DNA from: Babesia bigemina
Taxonomy: Eukaryota
Reading direction: 5' to 3'
Length of the DNA stretch: 64,000 bases
Assembly (NCBI RefSeq): GCF_000981445.1
Contig: NC_027218.1
Coordinates: 2,542,001-2,606,000 of the forward strand
A model generated the notes under the pieces. That model had not been told where the DNA came from. It saw only the letters and a list, made by a program, of their open reading frames with translations, and ran no database searches. Position 1 is the stretch's first letter; each line of letters begins with the position of its first letter. The position numbers were made by a program, and so were the translations under genes. Positions 53,685 through 64,000 of the stretch are shown piece by piece.

Positions 53685-54164
53685 CTAGCTGCGCAGTAGA
53701 TACCGCACCCTGTGGAACGGCCTGATGCGGAAGTAGCTCATGACGCAGATGACTATGATGATGAGGACGACGGCGGCGATGATGATGGCAACTGTGAGAT
53801 TTGAAGACTTGGAGGGATTCGTGGTGTGAGCAGTACCGGGTCCGCCGGTGGAACGTGTTACGGTAGTAGAAGAGGAGACACGCTGTAGACTAGAAGAATA
53901 GTCGGAATCGGGGGTAAGGGACGTAGACCATCGACCGGTAGCTCTATGATAATAGAGGGGAGGGCGTTTCTTATCACAACAATAACACATACATGTCTTG
54001 GTATTACAACCATCACATTCCGAAGGATGGCAACTTTGCATTCCACTGCTGCGCTGCCAGTAGGTAGCGTTACATACAGAACACCTTGTACATTTTCCAC
54101 AGCATATGTAGCAACATCTACAATTATTTCCTGCACATTGTTTGCCACAGCTACACTTCGTCAT
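53685..54164 (-). CDS. Small Cys-rich single-TM protein, copy C (159 aa, different anchor)
   Basis: CxCCxxCCxxC core and CHP..C...TC.C.CC as in copy B; S/T linker; TM VAIIIAAVVLIIIVICVM; basic tail RIRPFHRVRYLLRS. Confidence 0.8.
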   Translation of the reverse strand: MTKCSCGKQCAGNNCRCCYICCGKCTRCSVCNATYWQRSSGMQSCHPSECDGCNTKTCMCYCCDKKRPPLYYHRATGRWSTSLTPDSDYSSSLQRVSSSTTVTRSTGGPGTAHTTNPSKSSNLTVAIIIAAVVLIIIVICVMSYFRIRPFHRVRYLLRS

Positions 54165-54184
54165 CTTCCCCTCCCAGTCCCACT

Positions 54185-54505
54185 CCCCTCAACCTGCAAA
54201 CATCAATCACTCAAGCAGCACCCACCAACTGCAACACGTGCCACTGCCGCGCCCAGTCCCCTCAACCTGCAAACATATCAATCACTTAACCAACGCACTC
54301 ACCAACTGCAACACGTACCACTGCCGCTCCCAGTCTCCTCAGCCTGCAAGCATATCAATCACCTATGCAAGCACTCACCAACTGCAACACTACCACTGCC
54401 GCTCCCAGTCCCCTCAGCCTGCAGACATATCAATCACTCAAGCAAGCACTCACCTAACTACTACAGGAACACGCAACTGAGCAAGCCACTCACCAACCTC
54501 TCATT
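54185..54505 (-). repeat. About four tandem ~75 bp intron/exon-like units in the leader of Cys-rich gene C
   Basis: Repeated gcactcaccaactgcaacacgtaccactgccgctcccagtcccctcaacctgcaaacatatcaatcac on the + strand. Confidence 0.85.
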
Positions 54506-55224
54506 AACACGCAATGCAGCAAGGACACTGGCCATCTACTATCGGCGCCACGGTAGCAGAAAGGCGACCGCCGTCTAAAGCAGGGTCAGTCACATCACAA
54601 CTATGCAGCTATCACAACTGAAGTACAACCAAGATAAAGCATGTTGATACCATCATGGCCGTGGCATGCAGGTCAACCGGTAGCAGTTGCGCAGTCGACT
54701 CTATCCATCACAGACCGTACAACGGTGCCACCGTCGCTTATGAATCTCATCACATTTGTGTCTTTATGATTGAATAAGTGAGGCACATTCCTTGGTAAAT
54801 CCGTTTATCATTTACGCCGTTACCATCAATGCCACCTAACTACGCCATCCACTGGCCATCACGTCACAATCCCCGTGACACTGAATAGAGACGCACGCGA
54901 TAATACCACGTCAACCACTTATACCATACGATAGAAGTCACCTAATGTTGTCGTATTCAGTCGCCTACGTTGACGACCAATCACCCAGTTTTACAGCACT
55001 GGCCAGGTGAGATGCCGTAGACATCTCTCACAGGTAACTCACAACTCGGCTTACCGGATTCAGTCATCTCTTAAGTAGGCTACATGGTTCTGGTTATGCC
55101 TGGAAGTAGTAACGTTTTTTCACACCATGGTGCTGTAGGTGCTGTGGTGACACAACTAACTACTAGTGCTGTAGTGCGATCTATCACATTGCAATTAATG
55201 ACTACATTAATGCGATAACTACTA

Positions 55225-58200
55225 TTAGAAACCAAGTTGGACAATAGGGTCCTCGTCGAAGTAGTCGACGTCTTTGTAGAGTGAGAGCATCTTCCGGCCT
55301 TTCGTGAGTAAGGCCTTGACATCCATGCGGTGAGAAGCCTTGGAGCGGATAAGGTGTGATCGGATGTGAAGCACGTCCAGGCGGTATAGCATTGTGTTGG
55401 CACAGATGAGTAATGCGAGAGACCAGAGTGCCACGAGGGTGAAGATGAATGGCTCCCGGATACCGTAGAGGAAATTGTCCATGGCAGTCATGAGTGATGC
55501 GATAGGCCCACCGTTGACAATTTCCTGCAACTTTTCGATGACATCTGAGCACTTGAGTTGTTGCTGCGATCCCACCTCCGGCGGCGTGAACCCGTGTAGG
55601 TAGAGGAGGGGCAGGGCATCGGGGCATAAGTGGAGGTATGAACACTTGATACTAACATGCTTCTTGAGAGCATAGTGCAGTTTTTGAAGTGACTCCCGCA
55701 GTCTGTCTGGTAAGTACACCGTCCAGCTGAGGTAGGTGTGGGCGAAGCGCTGGGAGTACAGGGCGTACGCCCGGTACGTGATGGGTGAGCAGTGTGGATG
55801 GCAGTTGTCAGGGTCACTGCCGCAGCCGACCAGTGTGGACAGGGTACGGGGATGGTCTTTGTCGTGGTTGTGATTGGAGATGGAGTTGAGAGACTCTGTA
55901 CCCCGGATGCCACGGACAGCTTGGAGGCCGATGCGATCAATATGATCCCAGTCAGGGCAGTCGAGATGTGGAGTGGAGAGGGATGAGCCCAGTGGAAGCA
56001 ATGACTTTGAAAACGCATCATGCATCTCATTCCCGAAATTGTGGAAGTACGATACGAGCTCCCCGGTGGTGCGTGGCGTCCGCCTGGTGAGGCAGATGAG
56101 GTAGGAGGACAGCGTCAGCAAGGGGTCCTCACCGCCGCAGCTGGGAGTGATGATGGAGGAAATGACACTGCCCTGTTGCGATGTCTTAGGCAAATCCCCT
56201 CTCTGAAATCCCATCCTGACCCTGCTCTTGAGGCACAGGTTGCACGGGTCGAAGAGGTGCGTCTTGAAGGTGGAGTCGTAGGCGTCGGTAAGAAAGGCCT
56301 GGAGGGGAGATGGCTTCTTGGGATCACTGCCATAGTTACAATTCTGCCAACCACCACTTAGTTTGTCCCTCTCACACTGCGACTTCAGGAACTCCAACTG
56401 GTGGTGGCAGGCGTAGGCGTAGTCACGCAGCTGGCAGAGGAGGCAGGCTGGGTCGGGGGAATAGTAATAAGCATATTTATCTTGATCTTTAAAAAATGTT
56501 TCATAAGCGTCAGAAGAGCCTTTATATCGAATCCTGAAAAGTACGTGTGCTGCGTAGAGACATGCCTCTGTCAGTTTATCGGCGACATGGGAAGCGTCCA
56601 GAGTGTAAGGTTCAAGGGTGACGTCGATGGCATCATTTTTAAAACGCTTCAAAAAACTGTAAACATGTTCTCTAATGATGCCAATATATCCATATGTATT
56701 CAAGCCGACAAACCAGTAGAGCATCTCTCGGACGGTTCTGGGCGGAGGCAGATGGTCGGACTCTGGGGGACGGGAGGCAGGTGGTGAGGTGGGAGAAGTG
56801 GAGGAAGGGGTAACATACCAAGGGTTTTGGCAGGTTTGTGTATTTAAATCATCCGGAGATTGGTCGGGGAATACGGCCATTGGAATATTAATGTCTGAGC
56901 GGTCTGCATCTCCCATAGAAAAATCATCCAGGCCGTCACGTGTGTGGTCGGCCTGTACTTTAATCATGGGAATGTTTTCAGGGTCATAATCATGAAGAGG
57001 CTGAGAAGGCGCGGTATTAAGTGTTTCGATAAATAAATCAACAGTTTCTTCTGCATCAGTGTGCGTTACTTTTGAGATCTCCAAACCATCATCAATAACT
57101 TCGTAGGCTGGATTCACGCCAATTAGCACGGATTTTACGTCATCCATGTGCTGGAAACTTTTGTCATCATCGTCTTCATCTGTGGGTCTTGTCGGCTTGG
57201 TGATATCAAATAACACTGGAGACGCAGCTGAATTATATTCATCCTGACTAATGTTGGGGGGGTTGATGTCATAGGACCGTGGAATATAGGCTCTAATAAT
57301 GTCTAATGTGGGCAACTGTTTTGGATCTGGGACATTAACCAACTTGTTAGACCCATCCGGGATACTGTAGATGTTCTTCGAGTCAACAGCTCTAATATCG
57401 ATGATAGGTGGAGGGTATGTATTAAAACCGTGAACTGCACGTTGTATAATGTTCTCAGGAGCACATATCTTAGTATTGAAAGGAATTTTTACAACTTCTC
57501 CAAGGGTATCATCCTGGAGATTTTTACGCATTTCTTCCGTTTCCTCTTCTTTTCGCAATACATCGTCCATGTTTTCGCTCCATAATGTATCCTGATGTTG
57601 CCGCTTTGCTCCGGCTTCTAACGCCTTTTTAAGTTCTAGATCCTCAGCTTTTTGCTTTTCGTATAATTTCTGGTGGACATCCTGGATCTCTGCAATATGT
57701 TGCTGTTTAAACACATCAGAGTCACTTGTTATTGGTTCCCCTCCAACACCGAGCACAACTGGTTCATCTTCATCAGAGGCGACTGCACCACCAAGACCGA
57801 ACTCAGTTGGATCATGAAGAACGACCAACGGTGCGTCTTTAGAGTTATCTGTGTCACTCGTCGGAGGCTTAGTGATCTCAATCGATAGATTTGGCGGAAC
57901 AGATTTCATGTTTTTCTGTAAAACCTTACGATATGCCTCCTCCAAGTTTTCAGATATTTTTTGCGGTCCGTATATCACATCAATCTCTGGAGGAGGAAAC
58001 GAATGTATTTGAGGACTTCTTGGTGAATTTATAACAGTTTGTGCATCAGTTGCAGCAAACGTTTGTCCCTGACCACCTCCACCGCCACCCGAACCAGCGG
58101 AAGTCGTAGTAGTAGCGGCTGTAGAAGTATGCGATGTACTTTGATCATTCTGTTGAGTGGTGCCAGAAGTGGTCGCCTGGTCACTCGTTCCCTGACTACC

Positions 58201-60603
58201 ACCGGGAGCAGGGGCACTGGATGACGGAGGTGTTGGAGGGTGAACACCTGGAGACTGAGGTGAAGCAGGGGATTGAACAGCTGTAGTCGGAGGTTGTCCA
58301 GGAGGTGCAGAGATACCAGGCTGCGTACCTGCATTACCACCGCCATTTGCACCCTGCCCCTTAGCACCTGGTTTACCAGGCACAGAAGCAGACCCCTGAC
58401 CACCACCGGTACCAGAGGCACCAGTTGACTGAGTGACTTGGCTCGTGCCACTTGGAGCCTGACGTTGTCCAGGAGGTGAAGTGACAACAGTCTGTTGAGT
58501 TGTAAGAGTACCGCCCGGTGAACCCTTACCCTTACCACCTTTTGGATCAGCGTCAGTAGAAGACCCCTGACCCGGAACAGAGGCACCAGATGACGCAGCA
58601 CCTGAACGTTGAACACCAGGAGCCTGAGATTGGACAGATGATGAAGCGGAATCAGGCTGTTGACCTTTATGATCACCGCCCTGTGAACCCTGATCCTGTC
58701 CACCTTGTGTACCAAACCCAGATGAATCCGCCGGCCCACTCTTGCCCTGACCCTGACCCGGAGAAGAGGCATTAGATGACGGAGAGCGTGGGGGTGAAAC
58801 ACTTGGCAACTGATGTTGTCCAGGCTGTGAAGATCCACCAGACTTTTGACCCGGACCACCACCGCCATCTGAACCCTTACTCGTAACACCTGGCTTACTA
58901 GGGGAGCCAGGGGCCGCAGGAGCACTGGGGAGAGAGGCTTGAGGGGGAGACGATGATTGTTGAGATGAAGTCTTTTGAGATGTAACAGTACTTTTAGGTG
59001 TAGATGTTGTAGACGTGGTACTACCGGGCCCTTTCTGGCCTTTCCCACCTTGAGTTCCTGTCGGCCCTGACGCTCCTGCACTGCCTGAAGACAGAGATGA
59101 AGAAGATGTTTCAACTGATGAAGTTGTAGGCTTCCCGTCGCTTCGACCACTATTTTGATTCCGAGACGTTCCCTCTTGGTTTACCACCGGCTTGGTCGCT
59201 TCAGTCTTGGTGGCCACAGGTTTCGCAGCTTCAGTTTTAGTGGCAACCGGCTTCGCCGCCTCGGCTTTGGTGACCACAGGCCTGGCGGTCTGTGGAGTTT
59301 TGGCAGCACTTTTCGGCGCAGACTTTACGCCTCCCTCAACAGATGGAGTTACTACATTAGGTTTCGTTGCCTTCGTCTTCGTGACCGCAGGACAATCGTC
59401 TCCATTCAAAAGTTTAATTAGCTTTTTTAGTCCACCGCTTGCCTCATCGTCTTTACTAAGCATCTCTATCACTTCACGCCACCTTTGCAGCAGAGCTTTT
59501 GAATTATTACCATTCCATAGGTGGTGGTTGGCTTCAAACACGAAGCCGTAGGGGAAAAGATTGTTGGTGAAATATGCTCCGAGATTGCGGCTATTTGGTG
59601 CGTTGACGGCGGCGTCTTTCGTGTTAATGCGCTCCAATTTGCTTCGCACCGTCCCGAGATTTTCTCTCAACCAATTCGCTGTTGTTTCTGCAAACTTTTC
59701 CGCATTAATGTGCTTAGGGTTTATGGACTGACCGGTGTGATCAAAGAAGCGCCTGGTGAACAATTTGTCAATTTTTCCTCTAAGCGCGGTGCAATGTTTT
59801 TTTAATTCGGGCCAATTGATGCATGTCTCTGGTTTTTGCACAACTTTTATTAATTTAGAACCATCAGAGTCATTTTCAACAACCTGACAAAACGCTTTCA
59901 CCAATGCAAGTACATTAGCAGTGTTCGCCTTATGGTTTCCGGAAGCAGGAACAACTGATGTTGCGAAGATATCACGGAAAAGATTGTACTTACTAGAATT
60001 TTTGTCCAAAAGGGATTTAAGATCCAAAGCCATATGCAAACCCTGGTAGTAGCCGGTGTAATATTCAGCGTATTTCACTTCGTTTTCACCGAAGCCTCCG
60101 GGTATAGTCCCGCCGTAATCATTGGGGTTTGTAGATCTGAGATATTTTTGCAAGTCGCCACCATAGTGACCCGTATACCAATGCTTCTCATACCCAGGAT
60201 AATCATTCTTCCACCCTCCGCCACCAAGATTATCGAAAGTCGCATTAACATCGTACCAAAGATAGTACATCGCGGCAAGGAATTTGGGAATACACTCGAG
60301 GAGAGCGTCAACTACTTGATCAACATTGGGGTCACGGGGCATTGAGTTATTGTTGCTATGTAACTGCGTAGGAACGTGCGCTTTTACTAATCTTTTGTAA
60401 AAGTGATCCGTGGTGGTCATAAAAGTAGACAATGAGGACTTAATTTTACGGTAGTCTAGATCCTTATAATATGGTTTAAGACGCTCATGAAGTTTGTTGG
60501 CTACCTGGTCAAGTTTACGCTTCCCCTCCCTCTCATACAACCAGTTCAGGAAAATCAAACATTCCTTAAGGCTGGTAAGTTTGATTCCAACAGCAGAGGC
60601 CAT
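55225..60603 (-). CDS. Large ves/VESA-like variant surface protein (~1790 aa)
   Basis: LTSLKECLIFLNWL start (ATG 60603), G/S/Q/P-rich middle, conserved C-terminal block, TM and HIRSHLIR...LLTKGRKMLSLYKDVDYFDEDP tail nearly identical to 9047-14359. Confidence 0.85.
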   Translation of the reverse strand: MASAVGIKLTSLKECLIFLNWLYEREGKRKLDQVANKLHERLKPYYKDLDYRKIKSSLSTFMTTTDHFYKRLVKAHVPTQLHSNNNSMPRDPNVDQVVDALLECIPKFLAAMYYLWYDVNATFDNLGGGGWKNDYPGYEKHWYTGHYGGDLQKYLRSTNPNDYGGTIPGGFGENEVKYAEYYTGYYQGLHMALDLKSLLDKNSSKYNLFRDIFATSVVPASGNHKANTANVLALVKAFCQVVENDSDGSKLIKVVQKPETCINWPELKKHCTALRGKIDKLFTRRFFDHTGQSINPKHINAEKFAETTANWLRENLGTVRSKLERINTKDAAVNAPNSRNLGAYFTNNLFPYGFVFEANHHLWNGNNSKALLQRWREVIEMLSKDDEASGGLKKLIKLLNGDDCPAVTKTKATKPNVVTPSVEGGVKSAPKSAAKTPQTARPVVTKAEAAKPVATKTEAAKPVATKTEATKPVVNQEGTSRNQNSGRSDGKPTTSSVETSSSSLSSGSAGASGPTGTQGGKGQKGPGSTTSTTSTPKSTVTSQKTSSQQSSSPPQASLPSAPAAPGSPSKPGVTSKGSDGGGGPGQKSGGSSQPGQHQLPSVSPPRSPSSNASSPGQGQGKSGPADSSGFGTQGGQDQGSQGGDHKGQQPDSASSSVQSQAPGVQRSGAASSGASVPGQGSSTDADPKGGKGKGSPGGTLTTQQTVVTSPPGQRQAPSGTSQVTQSTGASGTGGGQGSASVPGKPGAKGQGANGGGNAGTQPGISAPPGQPPTTAVQSPASPQSPGVHPPTPPSSSAPAPGGSQGTSDQATTSGTTQQNDQSTSHTSTAATTTTSAGSGGGGGGQGQTFAATDAQTVINSPRSPQIHSFPPPEIDVIYGPQKISENLEEAYRKVLQKNMKSVPPNLSIEITKPPTSDTDNSKDAPLVVLHDPTEFGLGGAVASDEDEPVVLGVGGEPITSDSDVFKQQHIAEIQDVHQKLYEKQKAEDLELKKALEAGAKRQHQDTLWSENMDDVLRKEEETEEMRKNLQDDTLGEVVKIPFNTKICAPENIIQRAVHGFNTYPPPIIDIRAVDSKNIYSIPDGSNKLVNVPDPKQLPTLDIIRAYIPRSYDINPPNISQDEYNSAASPVLFDITKPTRPTDEDDDDKSFQHMDDVKSVLIGVNPAYEVIDDGLEISKVTHTDAEETVDLFIETLNTAPSQPLHDYDPENIPMIKVQADHTRDGLDDFSMGDADRSDINIPMAVFPDQSPDDLNTQTCQNPWYVTPSSTSPTSPPASRPPESDHLPPPRTVREMLYWFVGLNTYGYIGIIREHVYSFLKRFKNDAIDVTLEPYTLDASHVADKLTEACLYAAHVLFRIRYKGSSDAYETFFKDQDKYAYYYSPDPACLLCQLRDYAYACHHQLEFLKSQCERDKLSGGWQNCNYGSDPKKPSPLQAFLTDAYDSTFKTHLFDPCNLCLKSRVRMGFQRGDLPKTSQQGSVISSIITPSCGGEDPLLTLSSYLICLTRRTPRTTGELVSYFHNFGNEMHDAFSKSLLPLGSSLSTPHLDCPDWDHIDRIGLQAVRGIRGTESLNSISNHNHDKDHPRTLSTLVGCGSDPDNCHPHCSPITYRAYALYSQRFAHTYLSWTVYLPDRLRESLQKLHYALKKHVSIKCSYLHLCPDALPLLYLHGFTPPEVGSQQQLKCSDVIEKLQEIVNGGPIASLMTAMDNFLYGIREPFIFTLVALWSLALLICANTMLYRLDVLHIRSHLIRSKASHRMDVKALLTKGRKMLSLYKDVDYFDEDPIVQLGF
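59180..59290 (-). repeat. 30-bp coding tandem repeat (TK[A/T]EA[A/T]KPV[A/V] x3)
   Basis: TKAEAAKPVA TKTEAAKPVA TKTEATKPVV in the translation. Confidence 0.8.
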
Positions 60604-62267
60604 TATGCAATACACTAATACAAATACAACACGGTATCAAACCACGCTTCCAACGCAACGTGATATCAGCTTACAGATTGTAGGCCCGAGAGCTTTACAA
60701 AGCGAATCAAAGGTCACCTATCATGCTACTTACATACCCATCGTGCAGATACAATGTAATTGATCACGTTTGAAAATATTAAAATAATGATTTTTTTAAA
60801 GTGAATCCGCCTAGGAATACTAGACGAACAATCAAGTGCGCTACGTGCAAACGCTACACAGTGAACTGCCAGCGACAACGGCGTGAGTCACGATACCAAC
60901 AACACGCCTGCATTCCCCCTCAACAGACGAAGGACGAAACTCGCACCCCTTCCACCTACCTGAGGAGGAGGTATGACGATAAGCTCATATATTTGGCAAC
61001 ACCTTAGGCTGACTGGCGGGGGGTGGATCGCAGGGTAGAGCACGGAGCACTCCATGAGGGTTCCGGGTGGAAGATATGATGCATATCCTCACCCCGCATT
61101 GTCACGCCTCTGCAGCGTCTCACATCGGCGTTTTGCGGACATCAGGGCACCCACCATGCATCGTGCCGCTGTCGCCCGGATAGACGCCAGTGCCTCATTT
61201 TAGCATCTCCCCAATGACCACCAGAGATTGCGAACATCACCCCACTTTGCCATGGCCTAACGAGGTGCAGATTATAAATCGCTGCATCAATCTGCGCACG
61301 GAGCTCTCGCTTTTCGATTTAACATCTGTGCGTAGTATTGCCACAGCGACAACCTCGCCCGCCGTTCCCCCTCAGTCACCTTCCATCAGCATTGCACGAT
61401 AATACAGATAACACTGCCAACTTCAGCTGACGAGCTAGCTCAATCATTAATCACGCCATTCACAGGCGGCAGCCTAGTATTCAATACCGTCCTGATGTTA
61501 ACACAGCAATTTGCGTGCTGAAAACTCCTCACATCTCTACCCTACTGCTGTCGTACTCCTTATTGAGCTGAGGGTTGCAAAGAGTGTTTCACCTGCTTTC
61601 GCCACTCAATGCATTTTCCAAATCTTGGTCATATTCATCTGATTCTGAGCTTCTCACTATGAAGCATTGTCTGATATCTTCCTACCATGCCATCTGTCCG
61701 TGAACTAGTGGCTTAGTCCGATGGTGCCGAGGATTCAACGCTTTGCCGTTGTTGTAATGCCTCACTGCGACATTACATATGATTTCATTATGCGCATTGT
61801 ATATACAATGATCGGGTAACGATACTTTTTTAGGATATTCCGCCAGTTGACTGACGTGGCTTGACAGTGACTGCCGGTAATTGCTAAACAATAGTGGACT
61901 ACTGAAACTCATCGCTGGAATTCACCAAGTGCTCATTGTTATGTGCTAACGGCATTGCCGACCTTACAAATTGTGGGCAAATATGCTGACTGCTATATCC
62001 CACATCACTCAATTATGTAGTGAGAAAGGAAGAGTGATAACTTGGAAATATGTGATAACGTTTCGCCCTCATATCAGCCCTTATCAGCGTCTGCACTACT
62101 TATACACGACATAGACAACAGCGGACAAAGCGGCAAAAGCAGCACAGAATTTACCACATCCTGCCATAAGCTAATGCTGTCTCTGGAGACACAAACCAAC
62201 ATAACGACCAACATGTACTGACAATTAAAGTGTGCCATTGCCAAATGGGTTACCAAATCCTAGCTAC

Positions 62268-64000
62268 TCATTCCTTGGAGTAATAGTTCTCAATCTGTAT
62301 GGTAGACAGGACGATACCCTTAACGGTCACGCAGCGGCACTCCAAGGGCGGCATTTCGCGCAGCGTTTCTCCTGGTCCCATTTGCGAACCGTCGAACCGC
62401 AAAATAACGAAGTGGTTGGACTGTGACGCTACTAACGAATTGCTGATGTTGTTTAGGTTGGTCACGTCTCCGTCCACGTAAACTTGGTTGAAGCAATCCG
62501 GTGGATCCAGGACGTAGGGTGCTGGGCAGTAGAATGCCGCTTCCTTAGCAGCGTGGAGGTCTATATTGCAACCGATTTCTTGTCCGTTCTCAGCGTAGAT
62601 TGTGGGTGTCTCAGGCTTGAACAATCCAGCAGACTCGTATGTAACGCCGCAGCCTTGCATGTATGGGTCGGTGGTCTCCACTAGCACTTGAACAACATTC
62701 CACGTGTATCCTGTCGACAGTCCCATTATATTGTTAATGGGTTGCAGCGAACGGTCTGAACTGATCGCACTACCAGCAATTTCAGTAACGTCAGATTGTT
62801 CGGGTTTCTTACCGCATACGAACGTCATGGGCACGTATTGTCTTTTCATGACATCTTTTGATACCAATACAGCGCCTCTACTCAATTTAATCTTCAATTC
62901 ATTGACGCCCGCAGCTGTAGGCACCGATGCGACGTTCAAGTCCCCCGGATTGCTAGCAATGGAAAAGCTATGTGGCACTCTAACGAGCTCGTCTCCGTAA
63001 GGCGTATTCTTGATGGTGTAATGAAAAAGCGTAGATTGCTTTGGAAACCAAGACGTTTGTACATCATTATCATTCCCTACGTCCTCTTCGTCTATGATTA
63101 TGTCATCAGTACCAGCACAATACAAGACCAAATATGCCCCTGCATATACTGGAATGGAACTCGATGTTACGTCGTATAGCATAAGTCGATCTCGTGAGGT
63201 GGATCCCTCACTTGATAATCCAACCTCTTGCCAAGGTAGCAACATATAAGGAAGCACCACGTTGCGTCCGTCCTTATGGCGTACTCTATAATAACGATAA
63301 TCATCATAGTATGATTCCAAAGTAAGCCTGCTTTTTTCGAACCCACGTTGGTCGACACATATGCAGGCATAGGTTACGGCTCCATCGTCTAAATCAAGCG
63401 CGAAAACCTGGAATCCTCGAATAGTGAACGGCCCTGAACTTCGCACAGAATCGGGTAATAGCGCAATTTCATTGGAATGGAGATCGTATAATTCGGATGC
63501 GCAATTACTTGGCAAAAGCTCTTCGTCGGGCCTACAGCGGATCCCAGCATCCCAAACGCCAAGTCGCGAACGTTGAATGCATTGGTACGTTTCCCCAATA
63601 CCGTTTCCCATATATTTCGCTGAGCAATGTTTGAAGCTGATAACCGGATCAAACAAACTAGGCACCTCCCGGTCGCAACCAACGATACAGTACTCATGGG
63701 TAAAGGCGAAAGAGACATTGATGATCGCGCGTATCGGACCTAAGTTATATTTGTCTGTCGGTCTCAATAACCAATGAAACAAAAATGAGTTCACCCCTCT
63801 TCTTAAGGTGAGTGGTTTGTCTGCGTGGTACTTTAGCGTTACTACTCCCTGGGGTATCTGTGAAATATCTAGTTCAAGAGCATCACCAGCTAGGGCTCTA
63901 TTATACAATACCACATCGTAAATAGAAGCCTGATAGGTGTTTATATTTTGTTGCAGAAAATCCAAGTTCTGTGGTCGGAATTCAGTTTTGAACAAATACC
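62268..64000 (-). CDS. s48/45 (6-Cys)-like protein, 5' part outside the window
   Basis: Collinear paralogue of 15921-18815 (LAGDALELDISQ, RAIINVSFAFTH, CICVDQRG, TTDPYMQGCGVTYE, PPLECRCVTVKGIVLSTIQI). Confidence 0.75.
   Translation of the reverse strand, partial: YLFKTEFRPQNLDFLQQNINTYQASIYDVVLYNRALAGDALELDISQIPQGVVTLKYHADKPLTLRRGVNSFLFHWLLRPTDKYNLGPIRAIINVSFAFTHEYCIVGCDREVPSLFDPVISFKHCSAKYMGNGIGETYQCIQRSRLGVWDAGIRCRPDEELLPSNCASELYDLHSNEIALLPDSVRSSGPFTIRGFQVFALDLDDGAVTYACICVDQRGFEKSRLTLESYYDDYRYYRVRHKDGRNVVLPYMLLPWQEVGLSSEGSTSRDRLMLYDVTSSSIPVYAGAYLVLYCAGTDDIIIDEEDVGNDNDVQTSWFPKQSTLFHYTIKNTPYGDELVRVPHSFSIASNPGDLNVASVPTAAGVNELKIKLSRGAVLVSKDVMKRQYVPMTFVCGKKPEQSDVTEIAGSAISSDRSLQPINNIMGLSTGYTWNVVQVLVETTDPYMQGCGVTYESAGLFKPETPTIYAENGQEIGCNIDLHAAKEAAFYCPAPYVLDPPDCFNQVYVDGDVTNLNNISNSLVASQSNHFVILRFDGSQMGPGETLREMPPLECRCVTVKGIVLSTIQIENYYSKE

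Noticed and set aside
54185..54505. CRISPR-like array interpretation of the ~75 bp repeats
   Set aside because: Whole units are repeated with no unique spacers; eukaryotic context; no cas genes.
53946..54578. + strand ORFs of 210 and 112 aa over the repeat
   Set aside because: Antisense shadows of the repeat and Cys-rich gene; the splice signals and homology are on the minus strand.

Overview
Eukaryotic, intron-containing DNA from a piroplasm of the Babesia sensu stricto type. This call rests on ves/VESA-like genes, s48/45 6-Cys-like genes, ROM4 and short GT-AG introns; the species cannot be fixed from the sequence alone. A housekeeping core (~19-48 kb) holds a ROM4 rhomboid, RPL18a, ATP synthase c, a GINS subunit, a MerC-like protein, nucleolin with intronic C/D snoRNAs, Sen54-like, PITH, EF-hand, SS18-like, FTase beta, TTL, PRMT-like and CTU1 genes. 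It is flanked by variant-gene regions. The most striking structure is a ~12 kb multi-family cassette present twice in the same orientation (6.4-18.8 kb and 52.4->64 kb), with a partial inverted third copy (0.5-1.85 kb). Its order is: 6-Cys-like gene > large ves-like gene > variable-number intron/exon repeat > small Cys-rich protein with a hypervariable head and TM anchor > closely spaced 'MSS(E/A)V' micro-TM ORFs > a 57-70 aa TM protein. Also seen: a ROM4 gene bracketed by ~210 bp inverted repeats, a U24-like snoRNA, a candidate unknown structured RNA and a solitary 5S rRNA gene. All homology calls come from motif recognition by eye; no searches were run.
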